From Eledone cirrhosa (Eukaryota), in contig OZ024742.1 in the NCBI GenBank assembly GCA_964016885.1, positions 352,222,001-352,286,000 on the forward strand: a stretch of 64,000 bases of DNA, given 5' to 3'. The stretch's first letter is position 1. Every line of letters begins with the position of its first letter. A program made the translations under genes and the position numbers. Of this stretch, positions 1 to 13,643 are shown in pieces. The notes under the pieces were generated by a model that saw nothing but the letters and a program-made list of their open reading frames with translations, did no database searches and was not told where the DNA came from.

Positions 1-239
1 GGATCACCAGAGGCAAAAATCGATATTTACGAAATTTGTCCGATTCCAATGAAATTTGACGTAGGTATGTATTTTGATGCAGGGATCAACATGAGGTAGT
101 TGCAATTTTCAAAGAATCGATAATCGGACCCCTAGAGGCAAAAATCCGGCAATCGAAAAACGCTATTCTTCTTGCTTCCATTTGTCGTGACTCCCGCCAT
201 GCAAAAAACGTCCAATCTATCAGGATTATCTACCGTCAG

Positions 240-2535
240 TCTCTTTAAATTAACGCTCACCATATTCAGCAAACCTTTTATGCCGATTCTTCCATTTATT
301 CTATAAGGACTATCAAGACTATACTGCCCCGCATCATCCTGTATGGCGCTCAGTCTTCTCAAGCGATCATCGATCCTCCATGCGCTCTCTCCATTCCCAT
401 GGTCCCACTACCGTAGTATAATGAGGCATCCGTCAATCTCTGCCCTCACCCTTCCCTGCACGCCGTTGACCCACTGCATCGTTTTGCATCACAATGCGCA
501 TCTCTGCCTTGTCAGCCGCAATTAATTCCACAGCTTTTTCCATTGTCTGCCCTCCGTGGTCCCTAAGGACTGTCACGGCTCAACATGCCGAATCCCTACC
601 ACCGTCCACCCCTACCCATTTTCATTGCCTACACTCCGGGAGAGGTCAAGACTTTCATACCTGACCAAGCCGCATCCCTGCCACCGTCAATCCCTGCCCT
701 CTCCCTTCCCTGCAGGCCGTCGTCCCACTGCATCGTCATGCCTCACCATGCCGCATTACTGCCCTGACGGACACCATCCCCTCTTAAGCCCTTTCTTTTG
801 CCTCCCCGTCGTGCACCTTCAAGTCTGACATGCCTAACCAAGCCGCATCCCTGCCACTATCAAGTCCTGCTCTCTCCCTTCCCTGCAAGCCGTCGTCCCA
901 CTGTATCGTCATGCCTCACCATGCCGCATCTATGCTTTGTCAGCCGCCATGCCCACCCCTGCCCTCTCCCTTACCCGCACGACTTGGTCCTTTACGAGTG
1001 CCATGGCTCAACACGCTGAATCCCTGCAACCGTCAATCCCGGCCATTTCCATTCCATGCACGCCGTCGACCCACTGCATCGTTATGCCTCACCATGCCGC
1101 ATCCATGATCTGTCAGCCGCCATCCCCTCCTCAGCTTTTTATGTTGCCTGCCCGCCGTGCTCCTTCAATACTGCCATGCCTAACCAAGCCGCATCACTTC
1201 TACCGTCATCCCCTTGCCCTCTCCCTTGCCCGCACACCTTGGTCCCTCACTGCTATGGCTCATCATGCGGCATTCCTGCCCATTCCTGCTACTTGCTCAA
1301 ATGCCATCAGCATGGTTTATTCCTGCGCCGCACATAACCGCCCATTATATCAGACCGAAGACAGCACCGAATATGAAGACGATCATGTGTAAGTCATTTT
1401 ACATTCATTTTGACCATATTTAACAAAATTAACAAACATTCATCCCATTCTCCTCCAAAGCCTACCGATATTTGATGGCCGATAAACATCCTGCCTTGCA
1501 CCCGGTTTTCTCAAACAATCATCGTGCCACCCGGTGCTCTCTTCATTCCCGAGGTGCAACTCAATTGGCATGCCGCATCCACGCCATGTCAGCCGCCATG
1601 CACCTTGCCATTTCGTCATGCCTCATCATGTTGCATCCCTACCTTGTCAGCTGCCATCCATTTCCCGACCCTTTCCACTGCCTAGGCATGGCAGTTTTGA
1701 GGGACCAAGTCGCATCCCTTCAACCGTCAAGCCCTGCCCTCTCGGTTCCCTGCACGCCGTCGTCCCACTGCATAGCCATGCATCACCATGCCGCATCAAT
1801 GCTCTGTCAGCTGCCATCCCCTCCTCGGTCCTTTCTTTTGCCTGCCCGCAGTGCTCCTTCTACACTACCATGGCTCACCATGCGGCATCCTTGCCACCGT
1901 CCACCCCTGCCCTCTTCCGTGCCTGCTGGCCGTCGACCCACTGCATCGCCATGCCTCAGGATGCCGCATCCATGCACTGTCAGCCACCATCTCCTCCGCG
2001 GCCCTTTCTTTTTCCTGACCGCCGTTCTCCTTCAAGACTCCCATAGCTATCTATGCCGCATCAATTTCTTGCCACCCGCTTAAACGTCATTAGCATAGCT
2101 TATTGTTGCCCCATTTGACCACCCACTTTCGCAGGATAAACACAATACCAACGCGCACGATATTCCATGGTAAATCTTTTTTAATTACATGTTCATCATG
2201 CTAAACAAATGATGAATAGCAACTCTTTCATTTCTCCTGACATGCCTTTCTCTCAATTATGGCCGAGAAGCATCCTGTGTAGCATCGCGTCTTATCAAGC
2301 GATCATCAGGCCTTCCACTGTCCTCACAATAGACTCACATCGCCGCCTCTATTCCCTGCGACGCCCCTAAACATCATCAGCATGGCCTATTTTTCTGCCG
2401 CGTTTAACCGGCCCTCATTCTAGGCCATAAACAACAAAACCGCACGATGAAGCTGCGTAGGTCTATTTAAATTAATGGTCAACATGTTCAGCAAAACAAT
2501 TGTATAAAAGCTTCCTCTTCACCTCCGAGGCCTAT
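240..2535. repeat. Degenerate higher-order tandem repeat: GC-rich ~80-170 bp subunits separated by recurring AT-richer spacer blocks
   Basis: Motif 'gccgcatccctgccaccgtcaatccctgccctctcccttccctgca..gccgtcgtcccactgcatcgtcatgcctcaccat' recurs near 425, 670, 842, 1015, 1710 and 1885. Spacer motifs 'aagcgatcatc' (~361, 1512, 2297) and 'catcagcatgg' (~1305, 2088, 2375) also recur. Confidence 0.8.
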
Positions 2536-3149
2536 CCATTACATCTTAGAGGTCGGGATTCGCAATTTCTACGATTTCAATATTGACACAACAGTCCGTC
2601 AGGTTTTTCGGAACATGTTGCTCAGATAGGAATATCAACGTGATTTTCACTTAATTCGTAAGTGTTCAGACTTCCGTATGATTTTATTTTTTATTGATAC
2701 AACACCGACTACAATCATCTAACTTCACTTTGTAGGCTAGACGCGAATCACAAGGAAAACAATCCTCTGATATACAAACACAGCAAATTCTTTGGTCTAC
2801 CTACATTTCAATGGCTATATCCTTTGCTGTTGTACGGTTGTACATTAGACAATGTCGCAAAACATTATTCCACTTGATTCTTACCTTTCAGTTATGAATT
2901 GGGCAGTGCCTTAAAATCCCGGTTTATTTGCGTGCAATTTTTTTGTATCATATGAATGGAGAATCGAAAACCTTTTTTCTCATAACGTTACACATGCCCC
3001 ATGGATGTTTGTGGACTATTTTTCAAAATACCAATATCACAGATTGGAGCACAAAAGAAACGTTTGTTCTTCATTTATTTCGGTTACAGCATCCTGCTGG
3101 AATTTAGCGCAGACCCGTTTAAATCCAGCGACATATAACCCCGGGTGTA

Positions 3150-3614
3150 ACCGGGTACACCAGCTAGAGAGACAAATGGAAACATTGTTTCCTCGGTCCG
3201 ATGTGACGAAAGTCGATTTAGTTCCACAACAAATTAACAAACCATACTTGAAGACACGTTGAGGCTGATGCAAAGGGAAATAACCCTGGACACAATTTTG
3301 ATCAACTTTTTTTCACTATAGCAATTTTACCGGGACTAGTTTTTAGCTACTCAAATCTACTTCAGAGGTCACGCATTCATGTAAAAAATCAATAAAACTG
3401 AAGCGGGGGCTCGGCTTTGCGCAAAAAAAGGCAAAGTTGCACATGGGAAAACTTTTTACAGGAAGGTCTGATTTTCTTGAAAACTGTCGCAAAAGACTCG
3501 CCATTATGCCGCGGTTCAGATAAATTCCGTTTTATTTCTTCTTCTGCGCATGTGAGCACGAAAATTGTAAAAATAAAAAAGAATGTGAAAATTCGACTTT
3601 TCACCCTGCTTTAA
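3150..3614. mobile_element. Probable terminus of a non-autonomous TTAA-site (Kolobok-like) DNA transposon
   Basis: Ends ...ttttcaccctgCT|TTAA at 3601-3614. The subterminal motif 'tcctcggtccgat.tgacgaaagt.gat' (3190-3217) recurs at ~37965. No partner TIR identified in the window. Confidence 0.35.
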
Positions 3615-3842
3615 AAATCAACTGAAAATTCAATTTGAAGTGAATTTGACTTCCGTCAGTCGTGCAAAGAACAATTTCAACGATACACTCTGAACCTACA
3701 ATTGATCCATTATTTATGCTCAATTACACACCTGCGTATACTAACCTCTGTTTTTTTTCCATGATGTTCGAAGGTTTTTGCACCTGTGATGCGCGGGAAG
3801 TAACTTTCACACATTTTAACAACAGAGCAAAGGTCGACTTAC

Positions 3843-3872
3843 ACCCGAGCAACGCCGGGTACTTCTGCTAGT
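3843..3872 (+). mobile_element. Helitron-type 3' terminus
   Basis: Hairpin acccg-agcaacgc-cgggt followed by ...CTAG|T. The same motif occurs at 14385-14412. Confidence 0.6.
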
Positions 3873-4071
3873 ATATATATACATATAACCCCAACAGAAG
3901 ATGGTGTATGACAGAAGAAAGGAGGGTCACAAAATAAAACCCTTATCACTGAGGAGTTCAGAGACAGTTTTACGAAATAGCTTTCACCATAATAAACTAC
4001 TTTCCGGTTTCCGAACCACCCAACCAAACGGAAACTTATAATGAATTGTAGTGAAAACCAACAGGGGAGTC

Positions 4072-4158
<87 letters not shown>

Positions 4159-4989
4159 ATAAACATTAAGAAAAATGCTGTTACATAAATCGTTTCTTCA
4201 TTATCATTATTTCAACGTTACCTTATGTACGCCATGATGAAACGTACACATTTGTTGTTGTTATGGGAACCGTATCTTCAAATGAAAATCAGAGTTTTTG
4301 ATATGCCGCAGGCGAAAACACGTCCTTATCCTCGTGTGCCCCGCTGATAATGTACTTCTTAAAAAGTCCTTTCATTCCGTTAGTATTTGTGGAGTGATAC
4401 ACACACACACACGCGCGTGTACCCACCCCACCCCCACCACACACACACACACTCACACACACACACACAAATATATATATATAAAGTTAGTTAGTTAGTA
4501 GGTATCTGTTTCAAGTGCAAAATTCTGCTGAGCATGGTAATGAGAGAAAGTTAACGAACATATGTTAGAACTGTTGTAGTTTATGTGTTAGTAATTGGCT
4601 AATCGCTCCTGTGCGTGATTCATTAAGTATTGCTACGGGATTTTAAGCCATCAACTGTAAAATTTATTTCCCAATGTTAGTATAATTTTGCACTTGTAAA
4701 AACATTCCATTAAATTAATGTTTTGCAGGCACCAACTATTTGGTAATTTTGACAACACTATCCCTTCCACTAATAATTAATACATTTTCATCAACTCTCC
4801 AAGACTATCGAAATATACTCAAATAGAGGTATACTCGCATGTGTTTCTATGAATGTACGTGTGTAGTGATGTGTAGGGAAGTATGTATATTTCTATATAT
4901 ACAAGTGTGCATGACTTTACATCCCAGACAAATATTATCTAAAATGATATTATTCTTAAAATAAAGTAGTTATATATCTATCTAGAGCG

Positions 4990-5330
4990 AGTAACATTCC
5001 CGAGATCCACCATCGCTGCCATGTACTGCATATCCAAGAGACCAGTGTCTGTCCTTAGGGCACCAATATATGTCAACCTCTGTCTTCCTCTTTCAGTGTG
5101 TCCATGCAGGGGATCCCGCAGGAGCACTGAGTGCAGTATCAACTCTGGATGTCAGTGAGCATGTCCAGCTAACCTCAGTCTCTTCTGTCTTACTTTCGAG
5201 CTGGCATTTGGGAGGCTCCCGTATAGCTCTCAGTTCTTCATCCGCAGTGTATACTGATTAATGTTCAGGGCCATCCTCAGCATTCTCGTGTGGCACCCAT
5301 CCACCATCTGAGTGAATTTCATAGTCAGTG
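4990..5330 (-). mobile_element. RTE-clade LINE 3' remnant
   Basis: Manual minus-strand translation VDGCHTRMLRMALNI..N*ELYGSLP..SSKVRQKRLRLAGH..HPE..HG..RGRQRLTYI..L..DTGL resembles the RTE ORF C-terminus; it contains in-frame stops. Confidence 0.75.
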
Positions 5331-8300
5331 TCCAAGTCTCAGACCCGTTTTATATAGCTCATGTTCCTATAGGACATATATTATGTCCGTTGCGCCACAA
5401 TATAGAATCTACAATATCGTCACATACATATCAAAGATGATTATAATAATTCATGACATCTCTTATTAGTACAACGCCAGAAAATGTATTTAAAATTATT
5501 CTCCTGTTGGGTGCAAGAGAACATTGTTGAATGAGATCTCAACTTGCGTAATATAATGTTAACCGCTATAAATAATTTCGTCAGTGTTTCTAGCATAGGA
5601 TTCACTCTAGAAACAATGGAAACCTATTAAATCCTCCCTAGATAATCATTTTTATGCGTCTCAATGGTGGTGAAGAGGATTATGGAGTGATGGCTTCGGT
5701 GGTGTTATTCTTGATAATATTGACGTATCAAAGTATTATGTTCATATGCATTGTCTATCACCGCATTATTGTCACAATGCATCATTGCCAAATACAGAAG
5801 TAATTCATTTAGCATAATGCAACAGTACAGAAATACTGGTATGGCGTGAAAATATCATTATATATATAATTTACGATATGTAGCCAGATTAGAAGCGGGC
5901 GGAACAAATGGCCTGCATATTTAAGCACTAGATGACGTGCATTTGATTTCGCTATTCAATTTAATTTAGACAAATATATTGTAGACATAATAGAGCCTAT
6001 AAATCAATACTTATTCGTAATCCGATTCAAATGGATATTGTTGTTTATTACATTTTTAATGGCATAATTTAAAATATATATACATTATGGCGATCAGCAT
6101 TACATATTAATGCATTCAAAGGAGTTTCTTTTCCTACGTTAGGTAATTTCACTTGACTAACACGGCTAAATACGCCAATGTTTCCTTAATAGGCCTCTAT
6201 CAATAAATTTCAAAGTTTATGTTCATACTCGATTTTACACTATACTGAAACCCTAAGTCAGTGTTGATAAGCTAAATTTACAAAACATGCTAAATAACGC
6301 CACGAGGCAGTTGAGGTAGTTTCGTGTAGTCAACCCCGTTAGATCTATTCAGATCAGATTTTTCTCATGAAAAAATGTAGGTTCGTATTCGATAAATAAC
6401 ATTGCAATATCTAAAGCCATTATTAAGAAAATAATTGATGAAAGCTTTCTATGATTCCGAGAATGTTTAGATTTATAACATATAGACACAGAGACGTGAG
6501 TGGCCCTACCAGGTCTATAAATCATGCCTCCAAAACGTGTAACAGTACGGCACAGCTAAAACTGCATTAAGAGGTACGAGTAAAAGAGAAGTGAATTGTG
6601 TTTAAATATGTCTTTCTTCTCTATCTGATTGAATAAAATGATAGATCACTAATATTCTAATCGTTAAAAACCTTCACGAACATCTGTGGAAAATTATGAA
6701 TATCAAAATCGTCAAAATGTCATCAGAAACTAAATACCATGTCATTCCGCGCATACGCTCGTCACTGAAATACTTTCAGTATTTCATTTGATAATATTCT
6801 AGTAACAAAATCTTTGGTTTTAAAAACAAGTAATTAATTATTTGGCAATTAGTTTCTGAATTCATATACAGGTAAGTTCGGCTTTTCATTTTGATGACAT
6901 TTTTTACACCTCGAATCTTGATGTCTAATTAATATTCATACTTCTCTATTGTAGGAAGCCGTCACATTAAATCGGCTGATATTTTTGTTGATTAGACGAA
7001 TGTAAATAGCTGAAAAAGCAGAGCTGAGTTTACAGTCGTTGCAATATCAATCGTTTCATTGATTGATTCCTCTGTACAGTGTCATATTATCCAATGTCGT
7101 TTTCTTTAGAAAGAATCAGGGAGGATATCAATGCAACCTACAAATCATTATCTCGATTAATAGACTGTACACAAGGGGGTAGCAGTAAAGATTACTTCGT
7201 ACTCAGAAAACACTTTTTAGTATCTGTTTCTGATAGTTTTCTACTTGTCAATGGGCTGGTATGTGATTGTTTTCTCTTGTATGATAGAGAACAGAGATCA
7301 GGGATCAGGTTCCGCGGCATGCGCACAAAGGTCAAGAAAACTGGGCTAGGTTTAGATAGTGATACTCACTTACGTCCCTAGTCACTTACGAGACCAACTA
7401 TGTATGGTTTTCATTATTCCCGGATCATTTCCCTTGTGGGGAAAATTGGAAATCAATAGTTCATAGTCTCATTACGAGAAGTAGTTTTTAGCAGGAAATA
7501 ATCTGAAAAGCGAAGTAATTATATATTCTTTATCTGGTGCAGAAATACAGCTTACTCACTATCGCTTATTTTAGGATAATATCAATGTATTACAGCAATA
7601 AAATTTGTCTTATACTTAAGCTGTAATAATTCGGTTTTTATTCTATAAAGAATATTTTAACACTACTTAAAGACTGGAAACTTATATAGTAATTGTCATC
7701 CTATTTTACATTATTTAATTTCCCCTGTATATCTCCTAATGAATGTTTAATTAAATTAACTAATGCGATCAAAACATACATAAAATAGTATATATATACA
7801 CACACACACACACTCACATACATACCCACACACACATATATGTATATATGTGTGTGTCTATCTGTCTCTGTAATATGTGGGTGCGTGTGTCTGTGTATTA
7901 TCGTCATTTATACTATGCATTTAATGGTTCTTCTTTGTTTAGAAACCATATTAGCAGTCACAAAATACAATAGATGTTGTCACTAAATTGTCAAAAAATA
8001 TCAGTTACATATATTTGAAATAAAATATGTTTTATATAACAAAGTAGCTATTATATACAACATTGTTTTCACTGTTAGTATTTCGACTTCGAATCTGATT
8101 GTTGCCAGGTCTTTTTCTTGGATTGATCAAATATATCATTCAAATATCTGGTATAATCAATATCCTCACCCATCACATTGCGGGTCCTGTGCTTAAGTTA
8201 GAAAACAATTAACAGTATTTAGATTTCATACGAAATCCTATGTTCCGCCTACTTGCGCATTCATTCAGGTATTGGTCAATGTTCTCACAAACAAGTGAAA

Positions 8301-9054
8301 TCCACTAATGGTAAAATGAAGACGTGGCTAATGGAATACTAATTGGGTGAACACTGTATTTTGTTCCTGTTTTAATCTGAGGACAGTAATTATACCAAAT
8401 CGAAATATGAGTTCGATTAAGATATTTCCACGTGTAGAAACGTAAACCTTTCATAATTCTCTTGTTAGAATTATCATTATACCAGAGAATTTGTGGAAAT
8501 ATAACTCCTTTAAATTTTACATTAGGATTGTAGAAATTCGTAGATGTATAACAAGACAACAATGGGTACCATGACGTATTTTATTTTTTATTGTTAACAT
8601 ACTTCACTATTGTTCAAATTCATTATTGAAGAACGTGTTTAAGTAGTCATCACCTAGTTTGACAGCAGGCGTAGAAATGCCTTAAGGATCAAACGGTTGC
8701 AAATCGAACTTCACTTTAACTTCGGGACCTTGAGTTATAATACGGTATTGTAAAAGTAATCAATGTTGGTGAATGGAGAGGTAAAATTACCTACGCCTAT
8801 AGCTCGCCGTAACTCACTGATGCCTTTTTGGTTATTCAAAAAATCGAAATTTATAAAATAGAATATTGTCTTTGCAGGATATCAACGTTCCGTATGGTTC
8901 TAGACTACATGACTCCATATCATAGTTAATGGATAATTACAATCATCATGGAGTGTGGAGACAATAAAACGGTTTATATTGATTGAGAAGATACAGTTGC
9001 AAAGCTGGCAATTCGATAAACATTGAAATTAAGAGTATGTTCGATACCTATCAT

Positions 9055-9240
9055 TGCATTGGCAGTATCGGTAGAGGGTTGGATTATGCTTTCCAGCATA
9101 GTTACGTCCCTTTACGATCTGAGTTCAATTCCCGCCGAGGTTAACTTTGCTTTTCATCCCTACGGGGTCGATAAAATAAAGCACCAGTAATGTACTGGGA
9201 TAATTGCTGGCCTTGTGCCACAAAGTAGAAACAATTATTG
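9055..9240 (+). mobile_element. tRNA-derived SINE (Meta-domain-like)
   Basis: B-box-like 'gagttcaattcccgccgagg' followed by 'ttaactttgcttttcatccctacggggtcgataaaataaagcaccagt' and the tail 'ggccttgtgccacaaagtagaaacaatta'. Related copies at 31.2-31.8 kb and 57.4 kb. Confidence 0.8.
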
Positions 9241-9811
9241 CATATATATATATATATATGTGTGTGTATGTGTGTGTGAGTGTGTGCATGTGTGCATGCG
9301 GCTGTATGTGTGTGCATATGTGTGCATGTGCGTGTGTGTGTGTGCGTGTGTGTGTGTGTCTCGAAGAGGTTGTTTTGGAAAAAACAGGAGCAGGAGGTGA
9401 AAGCTCTCAACATTCGATGTTTGTTGTATTTACGATGGAGATTCAGTATAATAATAACATTAATAAAGATGCTGGTGTTGTTATTATAAATATATATATA
9501 TATATATAAGTTGTAATATAATGAAACTAAATTTCATTTCTCACTCTTAGTACGGCACTTACTTAAATGTAAGTATGTATGTATACGTACATACATATAT
9601 GTATACAGACGTACAGTAGTATGCATATATATATGTATATATATATATACATATATACATACAGGTACACATACATATATGTACGTATCAGTTTAGCGAA
9701 CGTTTATTATAACGCCCGCTTTGTCCGTTTGTAAACAAGCGAACAGCCTGATTTATGCCATACGGTTTTAAGGCAACCACGTCACCTTTTTGTTTAACAC
9801 TGACACAGGAA

Positions 9812-9852
9812 CGATGTACTAGTTTCAAGCTTGTTAGCTATCATCAGCACCA
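9812..9852 (-). ncRNA. Minimal hammerhead ribozyme (second copy)
   Basis: Reverse complement of the 10294-10334 motif; core identical, one change at the end of stem I. Confidence 0.78.
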
Positions 9853-10047
9853 TATACCCTTCTGCAAGATAGTTGAACGTTCGAAAGTATATACTTTCCT
9901 TATGAAAATTAACGGCTGAGCAGCCTAATTTGCATATCGAGTGAGTTCAGTCGGCCAGGCGTACCGAAAACGATAAGTTGTAATATAATGAAACGAAATT
10001 TCATTTCTCTGTATACATACATATATGTATACAGACGTACAGTAGCA

Positions 10048-10092
<45 letters not shown>

Positions 10093-10293
10093 GTATACAT
10101 ACATACTTACATTTAATTAAGTGCCGTACTAAGAGTGAGAAATGAAATTTCGTTTCATTATATTACAACTTATCGTTATCGGTACGCCTGGCCGACTGAA
10201 CTCACACGATATGCAAATTAGGCTGCTCAGCCGTTAATTTTCATAAGGAAAGTATATACTTTCGAACATTCAACTATCTGGCAGAAGGGTATA

Positions 10294-10334
10294 CGGTGCT
10301 GATGATAGCTAACAAGCTTGAAACTAGTACATCG
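10294..10334 (+). ncRNA. Minimal type I hammerhead ribozyme, apparently intact
   Basis: cggtg-CTGATGA-tagct-aaca-agctt-GAAA-ctag-TA-catcg. Canonical core, stem I 5 bp (one G-U), stem II agct/agct, palindromic stem III actagt. Confidence 0.8.
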
Positions 10335-10490
10335 TTCCTGTGTCAGTGTTGAACAAAAAGGTGACGTGATTGCCTTAACACCGTATGGCATAAATCAGGC
10401 TGTTCGCTTGTTTACAAACGGACAAATCGGGCGTTATAATAAACGTTCGCTAAACTAATACGTACATATATATATGTGTACCTGTATGTA

Positions 10491-10534
<44 letters not shown>

Positions 10535-11287
10535 TGCTACTGTACGTCTGTATACATATATGTATGTACGTATACATACACACTTACATTTATATATATA
10601 TATATATATAACCTGCTTCGTTTGTTATAATTTTATATTTACCGCTGTGACTCCCTCTACCTGTTTTGGCCGTTTTGTGGTCCACCACGCTTTCATATCG
10701 AATCTCTTCATCTCTCTCTCTCTCGTATTTTTCTCTTTCTCATTCTCTCCCTCTCTCTATTTCTGTATCCATCTGCTCGTTTTCGACCGTGTTTCACACA
10801 TGTTGTAAGACCCTTTTGGATTATCTCTCTTTCCCTTCTCCCTGTCACTTCCGATGTGTCCTTCTATCTCTCTCTCTATCTACACTCATTTTGCTGAAAT
10901 CGAAAGTAAAAACCTCGCTTCGCAGTTATATTGACCATCGGACTTAAGTCCAATCGGTTCGTGGTAACATATTCTATTTCTCCTCAGTTACTCACTTGAA
11001 TGTGCCATTCACATATGCCCCCCTCAATTCAGTTTGTTTACTTCGTATTTCCTCTTTCTCTTTTTTCTCTTTCTTCCTCTCTCTTCACTAATTTTTCATT
11101 TCTTTCATTCATGGCCTTTTGATCGGTAAACGGACTTGGGCGCGATGCTGATAGTTTTCGATGACCTGTTTTAAGCGTGGAATACCTATGATCACAGTTA
11201 ACAGCTGATGAAGACTTTCTTCTCTTGTTTACGTCCATATTACTATCTTACACTTTGTTTAAAGTAACCGCACAGTCCGCTTCGTTT

Positions 11288-11362
<75 letters not shown>

Positions 11363-12361
11363 TAAACAGTCGCGACTTTTGCCGTTTCAGAAGTTAGTCC
11401 GGAACTAGTAGTTGGAAGGGCAAGAGTTGAGTCATCTAGCCCTGACTCTTTATATTATTGCTACACTCTACTACCCCAAGTATCAAGTACACTGTTTTCG
11501 GAATTTTAGATGATACGATACTATGACTTGCAGATGAAATGGCCCCGTAGAGCCTTCGTGTTTTTCATGTATACAATTATAATTCGTTGGGTTTCATGTA
11601 TGTATTTATAATTAGATATTGAGAAGAAAATGTATATTACACAATATAGACTGTACAACTGCATTATCCACCAAACAATCGTGGAGTGTAACCTGTCAAC
11701 TAATAGGTTATATCCACGGTAACAATTGATTACAGGTTTGGTACATCTATTCTGTGTGTAGCGAGATCTATGAATACACAACAACGATGTCAACTAAATA
11801 TTAGGTGATGTCTCTATATTGTATGGTATTATGGTGTATAATTTTGGAGAGTTTAGCAATGTATTTTTAAAAACATATCATCCCAGTATTTTAGGTAGAT
11901 GTTCGTGATAAATGAGCATTCACTACAATAACCATGGTTTAGGATATTCTATCGAATTAGAATATGAAGAAATATGGATATAAAGACGAAGTATTGATCT
12001 TGTTTAACACGTTTGACAACGCAATGTTTTACGGAATTTATTTCATCTCGGGACGTGACTCATAAAGAAGAGAAACTAATATTGAATGATATTCAAAACA
12101 GATATCTTAGAAATGAGCCAAATGATAGTAAATGTAATATATATTAAAAAATATAGAAATGAGTCAGCAGTGATTAGAATTAGGTGTGTATCCACATCTA
12201 AAATCCCAGGAAATGACGTGAGTTGGATACGCGAATGAACATAGAATAATGAAGGATATAACTTTAAGTTAGATGGGAAATAGATATAAGCTCGGAAGTA
12301 AAAAATCTTATATACGCATAAACAAACATTCACAAGCACACACATATATAATACTGGAATA

Positions 12362-12365
<4 letters not shown>

Positions 12366-12429
<64 letters not shown>

Positions 12430-12488
12430 CTCTCTCTCTCCCTCTTTATCTCTCTTTCCTTCTCTCTCTCTCACTCTCTCTCTCTCTC

Positions 12489-12525
<37 letters not shown>

Positions 12526-12526
12526 G

Positions 12527-12575
<49 letters not shown>

Positions 12576-12578
12576 TTA

Positions 12579-12623
<45 letters not shown>

Positions 12624-12688
12624 TTATTTATTTATTTATATATATATGTATATATATATATATATATGTACATATGTAAAGCTATCTA

Positions 12689-12762
<74 letters not shown>

Positions 12763-12800
12763 TATATATATATATATGTGTGTGTGTGTGTATGTGCGCG
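12366..12800. repeat. Compound (TC)n/(TA)n/(TTTA)n/(TG)n microsatellite
   Basis: Read directly from the sequence. Confidence 0.95.
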
Positions 12801-13398
12801 CGTGTGCGTGTAGCCTACAGCTATATACAGCTTAATATAAGGAAGATATCGACATGACCATCAATGTATTAAATACAACATAAAACGAATGTTCTCTCTG
12901 CCAATTAATTGCCAATGCTTCTAATTTCATACATTTTAATATCCCGTATGTAAAATATAAGCGAATATCGATGTAATAATCCTCTACTGTATATTACTGC
13001 TCACTACACACAGAACATTTTTACTGAATTGCCAGGACACCAATGAATGAAAGCCAAATTATATAGATCCCATTAAATGATACAACATTGGAAATAAACC
13101 TAAATGCGACGAAATATCTATAATAAATACGTCGTATGGAATAGTATTAAAGGCTGGTTTACGTGATCATATCTACGAAAATATATACGTTTATATCAAT
13201 ATTTAAGTTTCTTGAGTTCATAAAGCAACATTTTATTTAAAGACACTACAATGTAGTGGCACAAACATCCAGAGTTGAAGACCATGGAAGGAATTGGAAT
13301 GTAATAGATCTCATACGTATATATATATATAAAGGTAGAACGCTGGAAGGTAATGTCCGTAGTGGTAGAGCACTCCGTCCATGGGACGAGTTTGATAG

Positions 13399-13639
<241 letters not shown>

Positions 13640-13643
13640 TAAT

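Larger units (their letters stand above)
9507..10591. mobile_element. Non-coding ~470-nt hammerhead-containing unit (retrozyme / non-autonomous PLE-like) present as two inverted, terminally redundant copies around a (TA)n tract
   Basis: 'taagttgtaatataatgaaac' occurs at 9507 and 9974. 'tgtacgtatacataca..cttacattt' occurs at 10088 and 10565. 10088-10591 is the reverse complement of a permuted 9507-10010. Confidence 0.8.

Noticed and set aside
343-2083. Many overlapping Pro/His/Cys-rich ORFs
   Set aside because: They are open in all three plus frames because of the C-rich tandem repeat; no consistent frame or domain.
3945-3990. CTGAGGA...GAAA hammerhead candidate (also CTGATGA at ~11205 and ~38578)
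   Set aside because: The stems could not be formed convincingly, or no GAAA follows; too degenerate to call.
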